A stretch of 64,000 nt of DNA from a virus (IMGVR_UViG_3300020045_008999:192001-256000), one strand, 5' to 3'. Numbered from the stretch's first letter, positions 18,860 to 29,202 are shown. Numbers and translations: made by a program. Notes: generated from the letters alone by a model not told the origin.

Positions 18860-19594
18860 ATGAAATATTCAAATGATTATTTGGCTGAAATTTATTCAAA
18901 TACATTAGCGCATGCTGCCACTATTAGCAAAATTTCATCAGCTAGTTTATGTACGATGGGTGAATTTACAAAAATACCTAATGGGGGTTCGCATAATATC
19001 GAAGTAGTCAGTAGTGATACAGTATCCGCAATTATAGCACTACGCGAACATGGTACAGTATGTGCCTTAAATATGGCTTCTTATAGAAGACCAGGGGGTG
19101 GTGTCATAAATGGTGCAAAGGCACAAGAAGAATGTTTATACAGATGTTCCAATTTAGGAACCTTAGATACCAATATGTACTACCCGCTATCGGACGAGGC
19201 GGCGGTATATACCAAAAATGCAGTATTTTTCAAGGACGTTAATTATGATTACATGCCTGAGGTTATCTGTGATGTGGTTACAATTGCTGCGTATAATTTC
19301 AATGAAAAAGGTCTGAGCCGGTTGGAATTCACGGACTATGAAGCACAAACGAAGCGAAAAATAAGATTTATGCTAAAACTTGCAAATGAGAATCAAATAG
19401 ACTCGGTAGTTTTAGGCGCATGGGGGTGCGGCGTATTTGATAATGATCCATTTGAAATGGCCACTATGTTTAAAGAAGTTTTAATTGGTGAAAATTATGC
19501 ATCATTATTCAAATTGGTAAGATTTGCGGTAATAAATGATCATAATTCGGTTGGTGACAACTACGATGTTTTTAATAAGGTATTAACGTTTTAA
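18860..19594 (+). CDS. bacterial-type PARG macrodomain (TIGR02452-like)
   Basis: LNMAS-RRPGGGVINGAKAQEECLYRCS and VLGAWGCGVFDN. Confidence 0.88.
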   Translation: MKYSNDYLAEIYSNTLAHAATISKISSASLCTMGEFTKIPNGGSHNIEVVSSDTVSAIIALREHGTVCALNMASYRRPGGGVINGAKAQEECLYRCSNLGTLDTNMYYPLSDEAAVYTKNAVFFKDVNYDYMPEVICDVVTIAAYNFNEKGLSRLEFTDYEAQTKRKIRFMLKLANENQIDSVVLGAWGCGVFDNDPFEMATMFKEVLIGENYASLFKLVRFAVINDHNSVGDNYDVFNKVLTF

Positions 19595-19603
19595 TAAATA
19601 ATC

Positions 19604-19798
19604 ATGGTAAATAAATTTAGAAATATCATTTTAATTTATGTCAATGATACTTTGTGTAATATTGGGTTACACAAATGGGTGAATATTGATAGACATACAC
19701 CAATACCAACTGATGGTGAACGAATATATTTTTCCAATCTACACGAATGTAGCCACTGCAAAAAAAAAGAATATAAACCAATGGGGTCTATTATATAA
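19604..19798 (+). CDS. small zinc-ribbon protein
   Basis: LCNIGLHKW...CSHC. Confidence 0.5.
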   Translation: MVNKFRNIILIYVNDTLCNIGLHKWVNIDRHTPIPTDGERIYFSNLHECSHCKKKEYKPMGSII

Positions 19799-19867
19799 AT
19801 ATTTATTTGGATTGTAATGTATTTTCACATATATTTGTATATCTAAAAATGATAAATATTAAAAATA

Positions 19868-20242
19868 ATGGATTTAACAGCACAAAATGTCCACCAGGTT
19901 TTTTTAAATTGTATGTTCGAAGAGGGTGAAAGCACTGATAACTATATTTTGGCAGAGGGTTTGCACTTGAGTGTTGGCTTTAAACCGGAACGGTTAGAAG
20001 ATAATGCCGATAATATTACTGAATTATTAAATAGTCTGCCAGATAGCTTTAAAAATGATGGGGCTGGAATGACATTTCTCAATATGTGTAATGATAATTT
20101 AGGCAATCAATGGACTGATAGACATCAAACAATGGATGAATTAGTATGTTTAGGAATAGCTATTGGTAAATTATCGTATTCAAGTCCTAGAGAATTATGG
20201 ATAACATTCCCTGGAGGTATGCCATTTTTATCAATCAAATAA
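19868..20242 (+). CDS. conserved hypothetical protein
   Basis: After TAnnTTTG at 19830-19837; GMTFLNMC..G.QWT...PGGMP. Confidence 0.6.
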   Translation: MDLTAQNVHQVFLNCMFEEGESTDNYILAEGLHLSVGFKPERLEDNADNITELLNSLPDSFKNDGAGMTFLNMCNDNLGNQWTDRHQTMDELVCLGIAIGKLSYSSPRELWITFPGGMPFLSIK

Positions 20243-20257
20243 CTAATCTATAGTATT

Positions 20258-20446
20258 ATGAATACATATACACTTTTTTGGATGACCGGTGAGGTACAAA
20301 TAATAACCGGTGACACCCCTAGTGAGGCGATGAATAATGCGGGAATAGGGCAAGGCGCATTGCGAGCACTTGACTTTTATAGCAGTGGTGATAAGCAAAA
20401 TGAATATACCTGGAATCGTGAGGATCGTAAATGGGATAAGGTATAA
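20258..20446 (+). CDS. hypothetical protein
   Basis: AGIGQGALRALDFY motif. Confidence 0.55.
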   Translation: MNTYTLFWMTGEVQIITGDTPSEAMNNAGIGQGALRALDFYSSGDKQNEYTWNREDRKWDKV

Positions 20447-20758
20447 ACCATTTCATATCGCATAGTATATTAATCAAATTTGTAAAATTATAATAAAAAA
20501 GTTGATATGAAAAAAATACTGGTTTTAGGCACAACTCATATAATGTGCACACTGGTTTCAAATAAATCATTCGTATTTGACAATAATGGGAGTGATGAAT
20601 CAGTAGTAAATACAAATGACCCATTTGCTCCGGAAAGTATCCCATTTATCAATTCAAGAAAGGATCATTTCGAAGGTTTACAGTTTTATGAAAAAACCCC
20701 AAATAAATTTATTGGGAAACCGTTGAGAAATTATAAATAAATATCGGTAACATCAAGA

Positions 20759-21046
20759 ATGAAGAATGGAAAAAACATAATTCCCCAGGAATTAGATTTA
20801 GTAGCTAGATTAGTATTGGGTGCTTATGGATATGAAACTATATGGGTTCGTATCGCTAAAATTAATAGTGATGGAACCTTTTTTGGTATAGCTGAGAATG
20901 TAGATAGGCGTAATGATAGATATATAAAGGGTGACCAGTACCTATTTGATTATGATGACAGTATGATTATTTACACCGACCAACAATTGTGTTATTCAGA
21001 TAATGTATCTATATGTGACTGCCCAGGTCTTTGTAGAGACAAATAA
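20759..21046 (+). CDS. hypothetical protein
   Basis: ORF with Cys-rich tail. Confidence 0.55.
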   Translation: MKNGKNIIPQELDLVARLVLGAYGYETIWVRIAKINSDGTFFGIAENVDRRNDRYIKGDQYLFDYDDSMIIYTDQQLCYSDNVSICDCPGLCRDK

Positions 21047-21348
21047 AGCGTCATATGAAACCAACTTCTAATAATGTGAATATTTCAGAGTTTCGCTTAA
21101 CCGGGTTAAGTAGAAAAAAATCATTCACATTACAATTGCTACATACTGATCGCGAAATATTTTGGGCAACACCTGAAATGTCACAACATTCGTTTGATAC
21201 TTTTTGGAATTATTATATTCCGTCTAATAAATATATTGCGGAGGTACAACACAACGGATTAACTGGTGATGGAATACCCATTGATCCAATAGTGATTTCT
21301 ATAAGAGAAATACATTTATAATTTTTTTAATATTCTAAAAAAACCTAT

Positions 21349-21618
21349 ATGATAAATCCTGAAACTTTAATAGAAGCTAATAAATTCAAAACACAAATGT
21401 TGGTATGTTCAATAATGTGTTGGCTACTTATTATTTTCTTAGAAATATTAAACCCTGATCGGCCATTAGAATTTGTGATTTTATTCGCAGCGGTTGTACT
21501 AACATTTATTTATGTTAAAATGAAATGTATGATTGCTAGGTACAACAGTGAAGACATACTCAATCAAAATGCGGAATTCGCTAGAGTAATTACTAAATCT
21601 ATAACAAAAAGCAAATGA
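21349..21618 (+). CDS. small membrane protein
   Basis: Two TM segments. Confidence 0.55.
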   Translation: MINPETLIEANKFKTQMLVCSIMCWLLIIFLEILNPDRPLEFVILFAAVVLTFIYVKMKCMIARYNSEDILNQNAEFARVITKSITKSK

Positions 21619-22295
21619 TTAATAGTATATCAGTGAAACTAAATAAAATAGAAATACCACACTTTGATGGCGAAATTTCTATGCTACCATTTGACCTGTG
21701 TGATACTAGCACGTTGCCTGATAATTTTCACAACACTGTTAATGATATGGTCAATAATTTACCAATTTTATATGGGGAAGCATTTTTCACAATACATGGT
21801 AAATTCGTCAGTAAAGACAGGACTATGCGTCGAGGTGCCCCACACATTGATGGTAATTATATCAATGGCCCTAGTATTAAGGGATATAAGAGACAATTAT
21901 CAGGCTGGTCAAACCCGAATCCTAATCCAGGTTGGTCAACCCCGAATCCTAATCCAGGTTGGGAAAATTCTAATCCTAATCATAATCCAGGCTGGAGTTC
22001 ACATCAGCCGCTAGTGAACGGACACAAAATTTCATATGAAAGTGCCACGGGAGGGATGCTTATATCGTCAAATTATTCAGCATGCAAAGGCTGGAACGGT
22101 GTATTTGATGGAATTCCTAACATTGGCGGCGATTGTTCACATATCAAATTAGATGATGGATTTATGCTAGAGGCAAATGAGGTATATTACGGAAATTCAC
22201 AATTTATACATGAAAGTTTACCATCTGATAAAGACATTCATAGAGTAATGATAAGAATTACGCTACCGATTGAATATCCAGCATTAGTATTTTAA
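21615..22295 (+). CDS. 2OG-Fe(II) oxygenase-like protein with GW-x-(NP)n repeat insertion
   Basis: RRGAPHIDG (HxD)...FIHES (H)...RVMIR (R). Confidence 0.55.
   Translation: MINSISVKLNKIEIPHFDGEISMLPFDLCDTSTLPDNFHNTVNDMVNNLPILYGEAFFTIHGKFVSKDRTMRRGAPHIDGNYINGPSIKGYKRQLSGWSNPNPNPGWSTPNPNPGWENSNPNHNPGWSSHQPLVNGHKISYESATGGMLISSNYSACKGWNGVFDGIPNIGGDCSHIKLDDGFMLEANEVYYGNSQFIHESLPSDKDIHRVMIRITLPIEYPALVF
21901..21995 (+). repeat. 27-bp in-frame tandem repeat (about 3.3 units)
   Basis: caggctggtcaaacccgaatcctaatc units encode GWSNPNPNP GWSTPNPNP GWENSNPNHNP GW. Confidence 0.9.
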
Positions 22296-22615
22296 ATTCA
22301 CACATTTTATGCAAATTATAGTTATAGAAAATACGGTTTATAAAATAACAGAAAGTCTTTATAGTGAATTAATGTTAAAGTATAAAGAAATCTCTGATAA
22401 AGAATACTATCATTCACAACAGATGGAGATCTCGGATTACATTGATAGTATTTTACCTAAATTAACACTTGTCGGATCAATAGCATTTGATTATAGACTA
22501 TAAATTATATTCGTTGTTAGTAATTTGATATTTAATATGTAAATTTCAATGAGTAATATTTTGAATTAATTATTTTTTTGATTATATTTGTTTAATATTA
22601 TTTAATAACACTATT

Positions 22616-22765
22616 ATGGAATTTACCAAAAAAACATACGAATTGCTTAAAAAACAGTACAATGAAGCAGTGGCCGCTAATCAAACTTCATTCATATTCG
22701 AAGGGAATGAGTTGTTGGTTTCGTACGCAAAGTATCTGATAGAATATCTAAGTACTAAATTTTAA
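22616..22765 (+). CDS. small conserved phage protein (49 aa, below ORF-track cutoff)
   Basis: MEFTKKTYELLKKQYNEAVAANQTSFIFEGNELLVSYAKYLIEYLSTKF; after TAnnTTTG at 22583-22590. Confidence 0.7.
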   Translation: MEFTKKTYELLKKQYNEAVAANQTSFIFEGNELLVSYAKYLIEYLSTKF

Positions 22766-22778
22766 TAAAGAAACTTCT

Positions 22779-23270
22779 ATGGAACAGTTTAGTATTTCAG
22801 AATTGAAGCTAATTGCACATTCACTTGGCATAGATCTTTTCAATGCTGTAATGTCACATAAGAGAATTGATAAAATATTACCAAATACATTTTATCGAAA
22901 TTATTACCAAAGTAATGACGAAGCGTTATTTGGAAGTTTGTTACAAGATGGGTTTGTTCATAAAATGTATAGAAGCAATTTGTGCTACTTCCACATAACT
23001 GAATCCGGTATTGTGAAGTTTAAAAAAGAGTTTGAAAAACTGGTAAATTACCAGAAACAATCTAACCGAGATGTATCGTACTTGAAAAGTAGAATTGAAT
23101 TCTATTGTACCTGGAGTAACTACAACTTTGGAGCCGGGAATGCTGAACACGTAATATCAGTATATCTCAATGACTACAAACAAGGACACAATATATCACA
23201 TACAACTAGGGATTGTATAAGAAGGTTTTCGAATGAATTGAAAACAATCGATACATTAATCGTTAATTAG
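22779..23270 (+). CDS. hypothetical protein
   Basis: HSLG...YRNYY...FHITESG motif. Confidence 0.6.
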   Translation: MEQFSISELKLIAHSLGIDLFNAVMSHKRIDKILPNTFYRNYYQSNDEALFGSLLQDGFVHKMYRSNLCYFHITESGIVKFKKEFEKLVNYQKQSNRDVSYLKSRIEFYCTWSNYNFGAGNAEHVISVYLNDYKQGHNISHTTRDCIRRFSNELKTIDTLIVN

Positions 23271-23284
23271 TAAAACTACACATA

Positions 23285-23881
23285 ATGTCAGAATCAAATT
23301 CCGAGACACACTTGGCTATAACTGCTACCAAAGGCGGGATGCTACAACTAAATAAAATAGATGTTAAAGGTGAATATCTTAGCGAATGGAATGAACATTC
23401 AAAAGATTTTTACGCATTGGCTATGAATGGTGAAATTATACGAAACACTCTTTATCGAAAGGGTGGACTTAATTTCAACTTAAAAGTTGGTATCGATAAG
23501 TATTTTATGCTTTTAAAATACACGGAATGTATTTATGATTTAGATTTTATTCAAAAGTGTTATCCGGAAAAAAGTAAAACCGAACAAGAGGTATTGCGAA
23601 AACATTTGAAATCACAATGGGTAATAATTGACTCATATGGTGACGAAAAAGTAATTTTTGATCAATTCAAACACGCTAATCTCGTAAATTCAATGTCCCC
23701 TATTTATTTCATTGATGGGAATTATTATAATATTGATACCGGATATTTTTATTGTAATGCTTCATCTAGCATGAGTACCAAGACTGTTTTGATTTTGGAA
23801 AATAAATATGATAGTGACGAAGCTAAAAAAGGAATAATGAAAATAAATCTAAATGATGGGACTTGGGAAGTTTTCAAATAA
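23285..23881 (+). CDS. hypothetical protein
   Basis: 198-aa ORF. Confidence 0.6.
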   Translation: MSESNSETHLAITATKGGMLQLNKIDVKGEYLSEWNEHSKDFYALAMNGEIIRNTLYRKGGLNFNLKVGIDKYFMLLKYTECIYDLDFIQKCYPEKSKTEQEVLRKHLKSQWVIIDSYGDEKVIFDQFKHANLVNSMSPIYFIDGNYYNIDTGYFYCNASSSMSTKTVLILENKYDSDEAKKGIMKINLNDGTWEVFK

Positions 23882-23914
23882 CCACGAAGTAGACCAGCAT
23901 TATATCGCCTTCAA

Positions 23915-24002
23915 ATGTTACCATTGAGAATTCGTAATTACTGCGAAAAAATGGTCATATACAAAGTACCGTAGTTTAACAATATTGAAATTATTAGAAT
24001 GA
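23915..24002 (+). pseudogene. internally deleted remnant of LRR-like family gene
   Basis: MLPLRIRNYCEKMVI (family-like N-terminus) joined out of frame to KYRSLTILKLLE* (C-terminal tag); the stop overlaps the next ATG. Confidence 0.55.
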
Positions 24003-24421
24003 CAATAGAAGAAATTGATTTTTTTTGTGAAAACGTACATATAATAAGATATGTTCATAATAATGATGGTACAATCGATGTCAATCAGCACGTATCATTA
24101 CCTCATTGGGTTCATGAAGTACCTCCAATATTTAACGTGGTCCATGGTTTTTTTGAGTGTATGAGTAGTCAATTAACTAGTTTGATTGGATCACCAAATG
24201 AAGTATTTGGGGGTATATGGCTGTCAAATTGTGAAAAATTATCGTCATTGGTGGGACTGCCTAACAATTTCACATCGTTAACTATAAACGACTCAGTTGA
24301 AGGTTCACTTGAAAATTTTCAAATATTAATGAATTGCGTAAAAGTGGATAAGATTCATGCCCCACGAGAATTTCTGCGTAAATATAATAGATATAAAAGC
24401 ATAGTTTCAATTTTAAAATAA
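23999..24421 (+). CDS. LRR-like repeat family protein
   Basis: NNDGTIDVN, LTSLIGSPNEVFG; ends RYKSIVSILK. Confidence 0.75.
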   Translation: MTIEEIDFFCENVHIIRYVHNNDGTIDVNQHVSLPHWVHEVPPIFNVVHGFFECMSSQLTSLIGSPNEVFGGIWLSNCEKLSSLVGLPNNFTSLTINDSVEGSLENFQILMNCVKVDKIHAPREFLRKYNRYKSIVSILK

Positions 24422-24428
24422 TATCAAT

Positions 24429-24989
24429 ATGAAATACCAATACTTTGGCAAAACACCAACACCAACACCAACACCAAATAATATACAATTGGGATTTTAT
24501 ATAGATTGTGGTGGAAATTTGATCATATATCATGAAATGAAACCATCTAGTTTTGCAATAAAAAAATATGGATATAGTGATTCCGATAAGATAGTATGTT
24601 CACATACTATCAAACAATCCAAATTACGACAAATACCAAAAAGTATCAAAACTAGGTTTCGAAATCGATTTGAATCAGAACACCAATGGGTGTTATTTTT
24701 CAAAGACCTAAATAAATATATAGGAATGTATAGAGTATCTGGGAAAAATTGGGTGGATACGGTACCATTACCTGTTTCAAATTGGTTACTTGGCCGCTTA
24801 GAACAATATAAGAATGAAATGGATGAACATTGTGTTGATAATTACAGAGCAGCCAATGTACGCAAATCATCGCAGATGCGTCGTTATCGCAGAGATCAAA
24901 AATCAGGATGTTGTGGTTTTTTTGATGTCAAGGAAGTATGTCCTATTGACCACAACGAATATATAATGGGATTTAATTATGGGCATTAA
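24429..24989 (+). CDS. hypothetical protein
   Basis: TPTPTP microrepeat; DNYR...GCCGFFD...GFNYGH C-terminal domain. Confidence 0.6.
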   Translation: MKYQYFGKTPTPTPTPNNIQLGFYIDCGGNLIIYHEMKPSSFAIKKYGYSDSDKIVCSHTIKQSKLRQIPKSIKTRFRNRFESEHQWVLFFKDLNKYIGMYRVSGKNWVDTVPLPVSNWLLGRLEQYKNEMDEHCVDNYRAANVRKSSQMRRYRRDQKSGCCGFFDVKEVCPIDHNEYIMGFNYGH

Positions 24990-25488
24990 GGTTTACATGA
25001 AGATCCTACAATTTGTTAACAGTCTTCTATTTGGGAAAAAACGTACATTGGCAATTGAAGTATTTTGTAATCATCTTAATATAGTAAAATATGAAGTCAA
25101 TGATGATTATTCAATAGATGTTTTTAGTGATGTGTGGTTAGTAAACAGCAATTTAAAGAAAATACCCATAACTTTCAACCGAATTTATGGGTCGTTTAAT
25201 TGTTATTCATGTGTTCAGCTGAAAACACTTGATGGTTTTCCGAAATATATTTATGGAAAATTCGATATGCCAGATAACATATCTTTAAAATCTTTAAAAG
25301 GATTACCGTTATTCGTAGGTGGTTATGTTAACTTAGAGGGATCATTTAATTTAGTCAACAGTAATGAAAATTGTGAAATTCTAGAAAGATGTGAAATTCT
25401 TGGTGGTGTTTTCCTACCAAATAAATTCAATATTTTCTACAAAATTTTTAAACGTTCATCCACAATACAACAAATGTTAAATGAATAA
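24979..25488 (+). CDS. LRR-like repeat family protein
   Basis: YEVNDDYSIDV, LKTLDGFPKYIYG, LKSLKGLPLFVGG; ends RSSTIQQMLNE. Confidence 0.75.
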   Translation: MGIKVYMKILQFVNSLLFGKKRTLAIEVFCNHLNIVKYEVNDDYSIDVFSDVWLVNSNLKKIPITFNRIYGSFNCYSCVQLKTLDGFPKYIYGKFDMPDNISLKSLKGLPLFVGGYVNLEGSFNLVNSNENCEILERCEILGGVFLPNKFNIFYKIFKRSSTIQQMLNE

Positions 25489-25945
25489 ATTTAAAAGAAA
25501 AATAATATCCAAGTGCATTAAGCTAAGAAATGAAGGCATAATTAAAGGGTCTTTTCATGTGAATGATAATTTAGAGGTAGATGTTATAGGTAGTGTAGTT
25601 TTTGATTTCACCACACATGAAACAATTCCGGTTCAGTTTGGATCAATATCTAATGACTTCGAATGTTATTCAATCCACCTTAAGTCAATTAGCGGTTTTC
25701 CAAAATTATTAGGTGGTGCATTTAGATTCACGTCCAATAATTTTGAACAAACTGATGAAAATTTCTTAGTAATCAGAAACATATACAATTTACCTGACTT
25801 GGTTACGCAATTTGGTGAGATTACACACTTACGAACATCATGTGTCCACTTGGATTCAGAATGTAGAATTGCATATTATTCGTGGTTAAAAAGATATACC
25901 CGGATTGAAACTATAAATGATATTATAAGTGATATTATAACTTAA
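25481..25945 (+). CDS. LRR-like repeat family protein
   Basis: FHVNDNLEVDV, LKSISGFPKLLGG; ends RIETINDIISDIIT. Confidence 0.7.
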   Translation: MNKFKRKIISKCIKLRNEGIIKGSFHVNDNLEVDVIGSVVFDFTTHETIPVQFGSISNDFECYSIHLKSISGFPKLLGGAFRFTSNNFEQTDENFLVIRNIYNLPDLVTQFGEITHLRTSCVHLDSECRIAYYSWLKRYTRIETINDIISDIIT

Positions 25946-26139
25946 TTTGTATTATCCACTGGTGGAACTAAGCTCAATAAAAGTTTCCCAGCATCCCAAT
26001 CAAACCCCATAGTAGCTGACGCAATAGCAGTGGTATTGGACCATCTAAACTTCTGTTCGCTGTTAAGTACAACAATTTCCACACCATCATATACTGGATC
26101 TAAATTGTTTAGCAATTCTCTCATTTCTTTTATATTCAT
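25942..26139 (-). CDS. hypothetical protein
   Basis: ORF in minus-strand operon. Confidence 0.55.
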   Translation of the reverse strand: MNIKEMRELLNNLDPVYDGVEIVVLNSEQKFRWSNTTAIASATMGFDWDAGKLLLSLVPPVDNTN

Positions 26140-26150
26140 ATTTTATATTG

Positions 26151-26540
26151 TTATGTGTTATTATTTACCAATCTTTGAATTATTGGGGCATTACTTTGAT
26201 CATCTAAATCATATATAAATCGATATGTAATTTCCTCTATATTAAATTGTTCTTCATACAAGTAGGCGGAAAAACAAGTATAGAATGGCTCCAAATATGA
26301 TGATTTATTATATATAATTTTAGACTCTTCTTTGTCAATATTTTCGAATTGTGGTAGTGAATTTATATATTCCATTATTTGACCAGCAACAGTTGACTTA
26401 ATAGACACAAATTGTTCATGGTCTTCTACAATTTTAGTGAGATTTGATGCAATATCATACACATCAATCGAGTTCCCGAGTATCGAATTAGTACTCAAAT
26501 ATTCAACAAATTTATCAAGTAATAAATTTTTGGATTCCAT
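26151..26540 (-). CDS. hypothetical protein
   Basis: ORF in minus-strand operon. Confidence 0.55.
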   Translation of the reverse strand: MESKNLLLDKFVEYLSTNSILGNSIDVYDIASNLTKIVEDHEQFVSIKSTVAGQIMEYINSLPQFENIDKEESKIIYNKSSYLEPFYTCFSAYLYEEQFNIEEITYRFIYDLDDQSNAPIIQRLVNNNT

Positions 26541-26547
26541 ATTTATA

Positions 26548-27087
26548 TCAGTTAATTAAATTACAAATGAGTTTCACGATCAATTCGCGATCACTCGGTG
26601 CACTTTGAGCGATTAGAATTGTCAAAGATACTAAAGTTGCCTTATTTATTTTATTATTATTGTTACTTATTAAATTATTATTCATTGATAGATACCATAC
26701 AAACATAAGTGCTCCAATACGCTTATTACCATCGCTAAATGGGTGGTTTTTGACAATGAAATAGAAAAGATTAGTTGCCCTTTCCTCAACACTGGGATAT
26801 AAGTATTGTCCACCGAATGATTGCTCTACACTTTTCAATATGCCCTCGAATGATTCATCCCGCTTATTACCAAACAACTGAGTTGCTTCACCTAATCCAA
26901 TTAAGGTACCTTTTAAGCGATCAATTATGCCCATGGCATTACTAATATCTATTTGATATAAATCGGCCTCCTCAAGTGCCAATGTAGGGATTCGATCGGA
27001 ATCAAATTGATTTAATAATACAAAACTATCTAGGTATTCATTTATGATGTCGTTTTTTTTCATAATTTGATATTTAATATTTGACAT
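26548..27087 (-). CDS. Fic/Doc family protein
   Basis: HPFSDGNKRIG motif (Doc-type Lys); LYPSVEERA; after minus-strand TAnnTTTG at 27096-27103. Confidence 0.85.
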   Translation of the reverse strand: MSNIKYQIMKKNDIINEYLDSFVLLNQFDSDRIPTLALEEADLYQIDISNAMGIIDRLKGTLIGLGEATQLFGNKRDESFEGILKSVEQSFGGQYLYPSVEERATNLFYFIVKNHPFSDGNKRIGALMFVWYLSMNNNLISNNNNKINKATLVSLTILIAQSAPSDRELIVKLICNLIN

Positions 27088-27120
27088 TTAATGTACAAAT
27101 GTAAGTTATTTTAAGTATAT

Positions 27121-27372
27121 TTGTATTTTAAATATCATATTATGCAAAATAAAACGTTAATAGCAGCTGCTCGTTTAATTCTAACGGAATTGGTCATTCA
27201 ATGTAGCGAAAAAGAACAAATTTTCTTCAAAAAGATGTATTCGCATCAAAATTCAACGCTTAGCATAACTGATATAGTGGATAATCTAGACCCATCTAAA
27301 TTAGACACGGCCATAACACAATGCGAAAATACTATACGCAAAAATGCACAAATAGATAAATCTATTATTTAG
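27121..27372 (+). CDS. hypothetical protein (start likely MQNKT)
   Basis: After TAnnTTTG at 27116-27123. Confidence 0.55.
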   Translation: MYFKYHIMQNKTLIAAARLILTELVIQCSEKEQIFFKKMYSHQNSTLSITDIVDNLDPSKLDTAITQCENTIRKNAQIDKSII

Positions 27373-27423
27373 TTAAAATGTTCGTAAAGGGAACTGATGT
27401 GAAGTATTTCAATAAGTTTTCTG

Positions 27424-28245
27424 GTGGATTTTACTATAACTTATATCAAATTCAATGATAAAAATGATAAAAATAAAATAAAAATGGCAAAAGTTAGAAC
27501 GGAACATTTAAGTATACATAATCCACACTCTGGTGGTGATAGATCTGATTCATTAGTTCTTAAATTTAACATCAATGTTTCAGTGAATGGACTGTTTTAT
27601 ACGTTATTGAATAATGATGATGTGGTTAAAATAGAAGCGACCGGTGTAATATTTGAATTTGATAAAAAAGGCAACAGTGGTTACTTCTGTGCGAACAATA
27701 TAGATGATTTGACATATAAAATTAAATCACACTGTGTTGATTACTTCAATAGAGTAATAATTGAGGATGTAATTGTGATTAAATATTCAATCGAAACCAA
27801 TTGTAGTTATGTACTTAATGAAGATGGTATTACCTGTCCAAATGGAACATCTAAATATGTCGGTACTGGCGAATCATGGTCATGGGAATCCGGTACCCTA
27901 AAGCCATCAGTTACATCCAAATTCCCGTTTGGTGTGAAAATTTATGCAAAACCATTCCATAAAGTAGTGAGTAAATATAATAGTGGTGCGATTAAATCAG
28001 TTTATAGTGGAATTGAACATAACGATAATTATTATTTAAATTGGTTAAACGATATTATACACATTTCTCCGCCATCAAATGGTATCAATGGTGAGGTTAT
28101 ATATAGCGAAGAAAATGCAAAATTTTTCGTGGATATGTTAAAATGGGTGTGTTCCACCAACGAAAACATAAAACATATGTTTAGTAGTCCCGAGAAATTA
28201 TTGGACACAATACAATCTAGACCAAATATTTTATCTCTGCGGTAA
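27424..28245 (+). CDS. hypothetical protein
   Basis: 273-aa ORF. Confidence 0.6.
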   Translation: MDFTITYIKFNDKNDKNKIKMAKVRTEHLSIHNPHSGGDRSDSLVLKFNINVSVNGLFYTLLNNDDVVKIEATGVIFEFDKKGNSGYFCANNIDDLTYKIKSHCVDYFNRVIIEDVIVIKYSIETNCSYVLNEDGITCPNGTSKYVGTGESWSWESGTLKPSVTSKFPFGVKIYAKPFHKVVSKYNSGAIKSVYSGIEHNDNYYLNWLNDIIHISPPSNGINGEVIYSEENAKFFVDMLKWVCSTNENIKHMFSSPEKLLDTIQSRPNILSLR

Positions 28246-28767
28246 ATGGATTTTATTAAAGAAAAATGCGAGAAATATAAAATACGCAATTACTCTATTA
28301 GACAAAATGGTGAGGTTGATGTGAGGGGTGACGTAGATTTAACCTCTAGAAATTTACACAAACTCCCAATTGTATTCAATCATGTCACCGGGATATTTAA
28401 TTGTAGTAATAATCGACTAACTACCCTAATGGGTTCACCCAAATATGTTGGTCATGACTTCATTTGTTCATTGAATGAATTACCAAATTTGGTAGGAGCA
28501 CCAGAATATATAGGTGGTAATTTTATATGCAGCCACAATTTAAAATTGAATAGTACATATTCCGGAAATAATGATATAGACGTAAAGGGATTTATGCGAA
28601 ATATAAATTTCAATTGTCGTTTACCGCATGAGATTATGAAATATAAACAATACCATACTCAGATATTAAAATATCAACGCTATTTTGACATATGGAATGT
28701 TGATTTATCATTAAATGAAGAAAATTTTAAACTATTAATTACAGAGTGCTCCGATGGTTTATTGTAA
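28246..28767 (+). CDS. LRR-like repeat family protein (alternative C-terminus)
   Basis: NYSIRQNGEVDVRGDV; FNCSNNRLTTLMGSP repeats; ends IWNVDLSLNEENFKLL like 41368..41949. Confidence 0.8.
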   Translation: MDFIKEKCEKYKIRNYSIRQNGEVDVRGDVDLTSRNLHKLPIVFNHVTGIFNCSNNRLTTLMGSPKYVGHDFICSLNELPNLVGAPEYIGGNFICSHNLKLNSTYSGNNDIDVKGFMRNINFNCRLPHEIMKYKQYHTQILKYQRYFDIWNVDLSLNEENFKLLITECSDGLL

Positions 28768-28812
28768 CCATTACTTCCGGTAATTAATAGTTTAAAAATC
28801 CTGATCAAATAA

Positions 28813-29202
28813 TTAGTGTTGGTACATTATTCCCATATCATCTAATGATTTCGATAACATTTTATTATAATCACCAAAGGTTCCATTAAGTAATTCTATA
28901 AATGGAATCCACTTCACTAAATGTGGTTCATCATGGGAAATTATACCACTATACTTCGCGATATAAGTAAAACACATGCTACCATCTTTGTGTATTGCAA
29001 ATGCCAGAATCAAATCATCTATGTCTAGACCAGTTTCTTCCTTACATTCGCGTATAGCGGTTGTTTTTGAGTCAAGTAAATCTTCTGGTTCCATTTTACC
29101 TCCGGGTAACCCCATCTTACTATGATCATCTTTACGCGAAACACCCAAAACTAAGCCTTGTTCATTAATTAGCACTACACATGCTGATACATTTTTATAC
29201 AT
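28813..29202 (-). CDS. Nudix hydrolase
   Basis: GLPGGKMEPED...AIRECKEETGL Nudix box with catalytic Glu intact. Confidence 0.85.
   Translation of the reverse strand: MYKNVSACVVLINEQGLVLGVSRKDDHSKMGLPGGKMEPEDLLDSKTTAIRECKEETGLDIDDLILAFAIHKDGSMCFTYIAKYSGIISHDEPHLVKWIPFIELLNGTFGDYNKMLSKSLDDMGIMYQH

Noticed and set aside
21901-21995. CRISPR mini-array
   Set aside because: Units are contiguous, in frame within a CDS and have no unique spacers; no cas genes.
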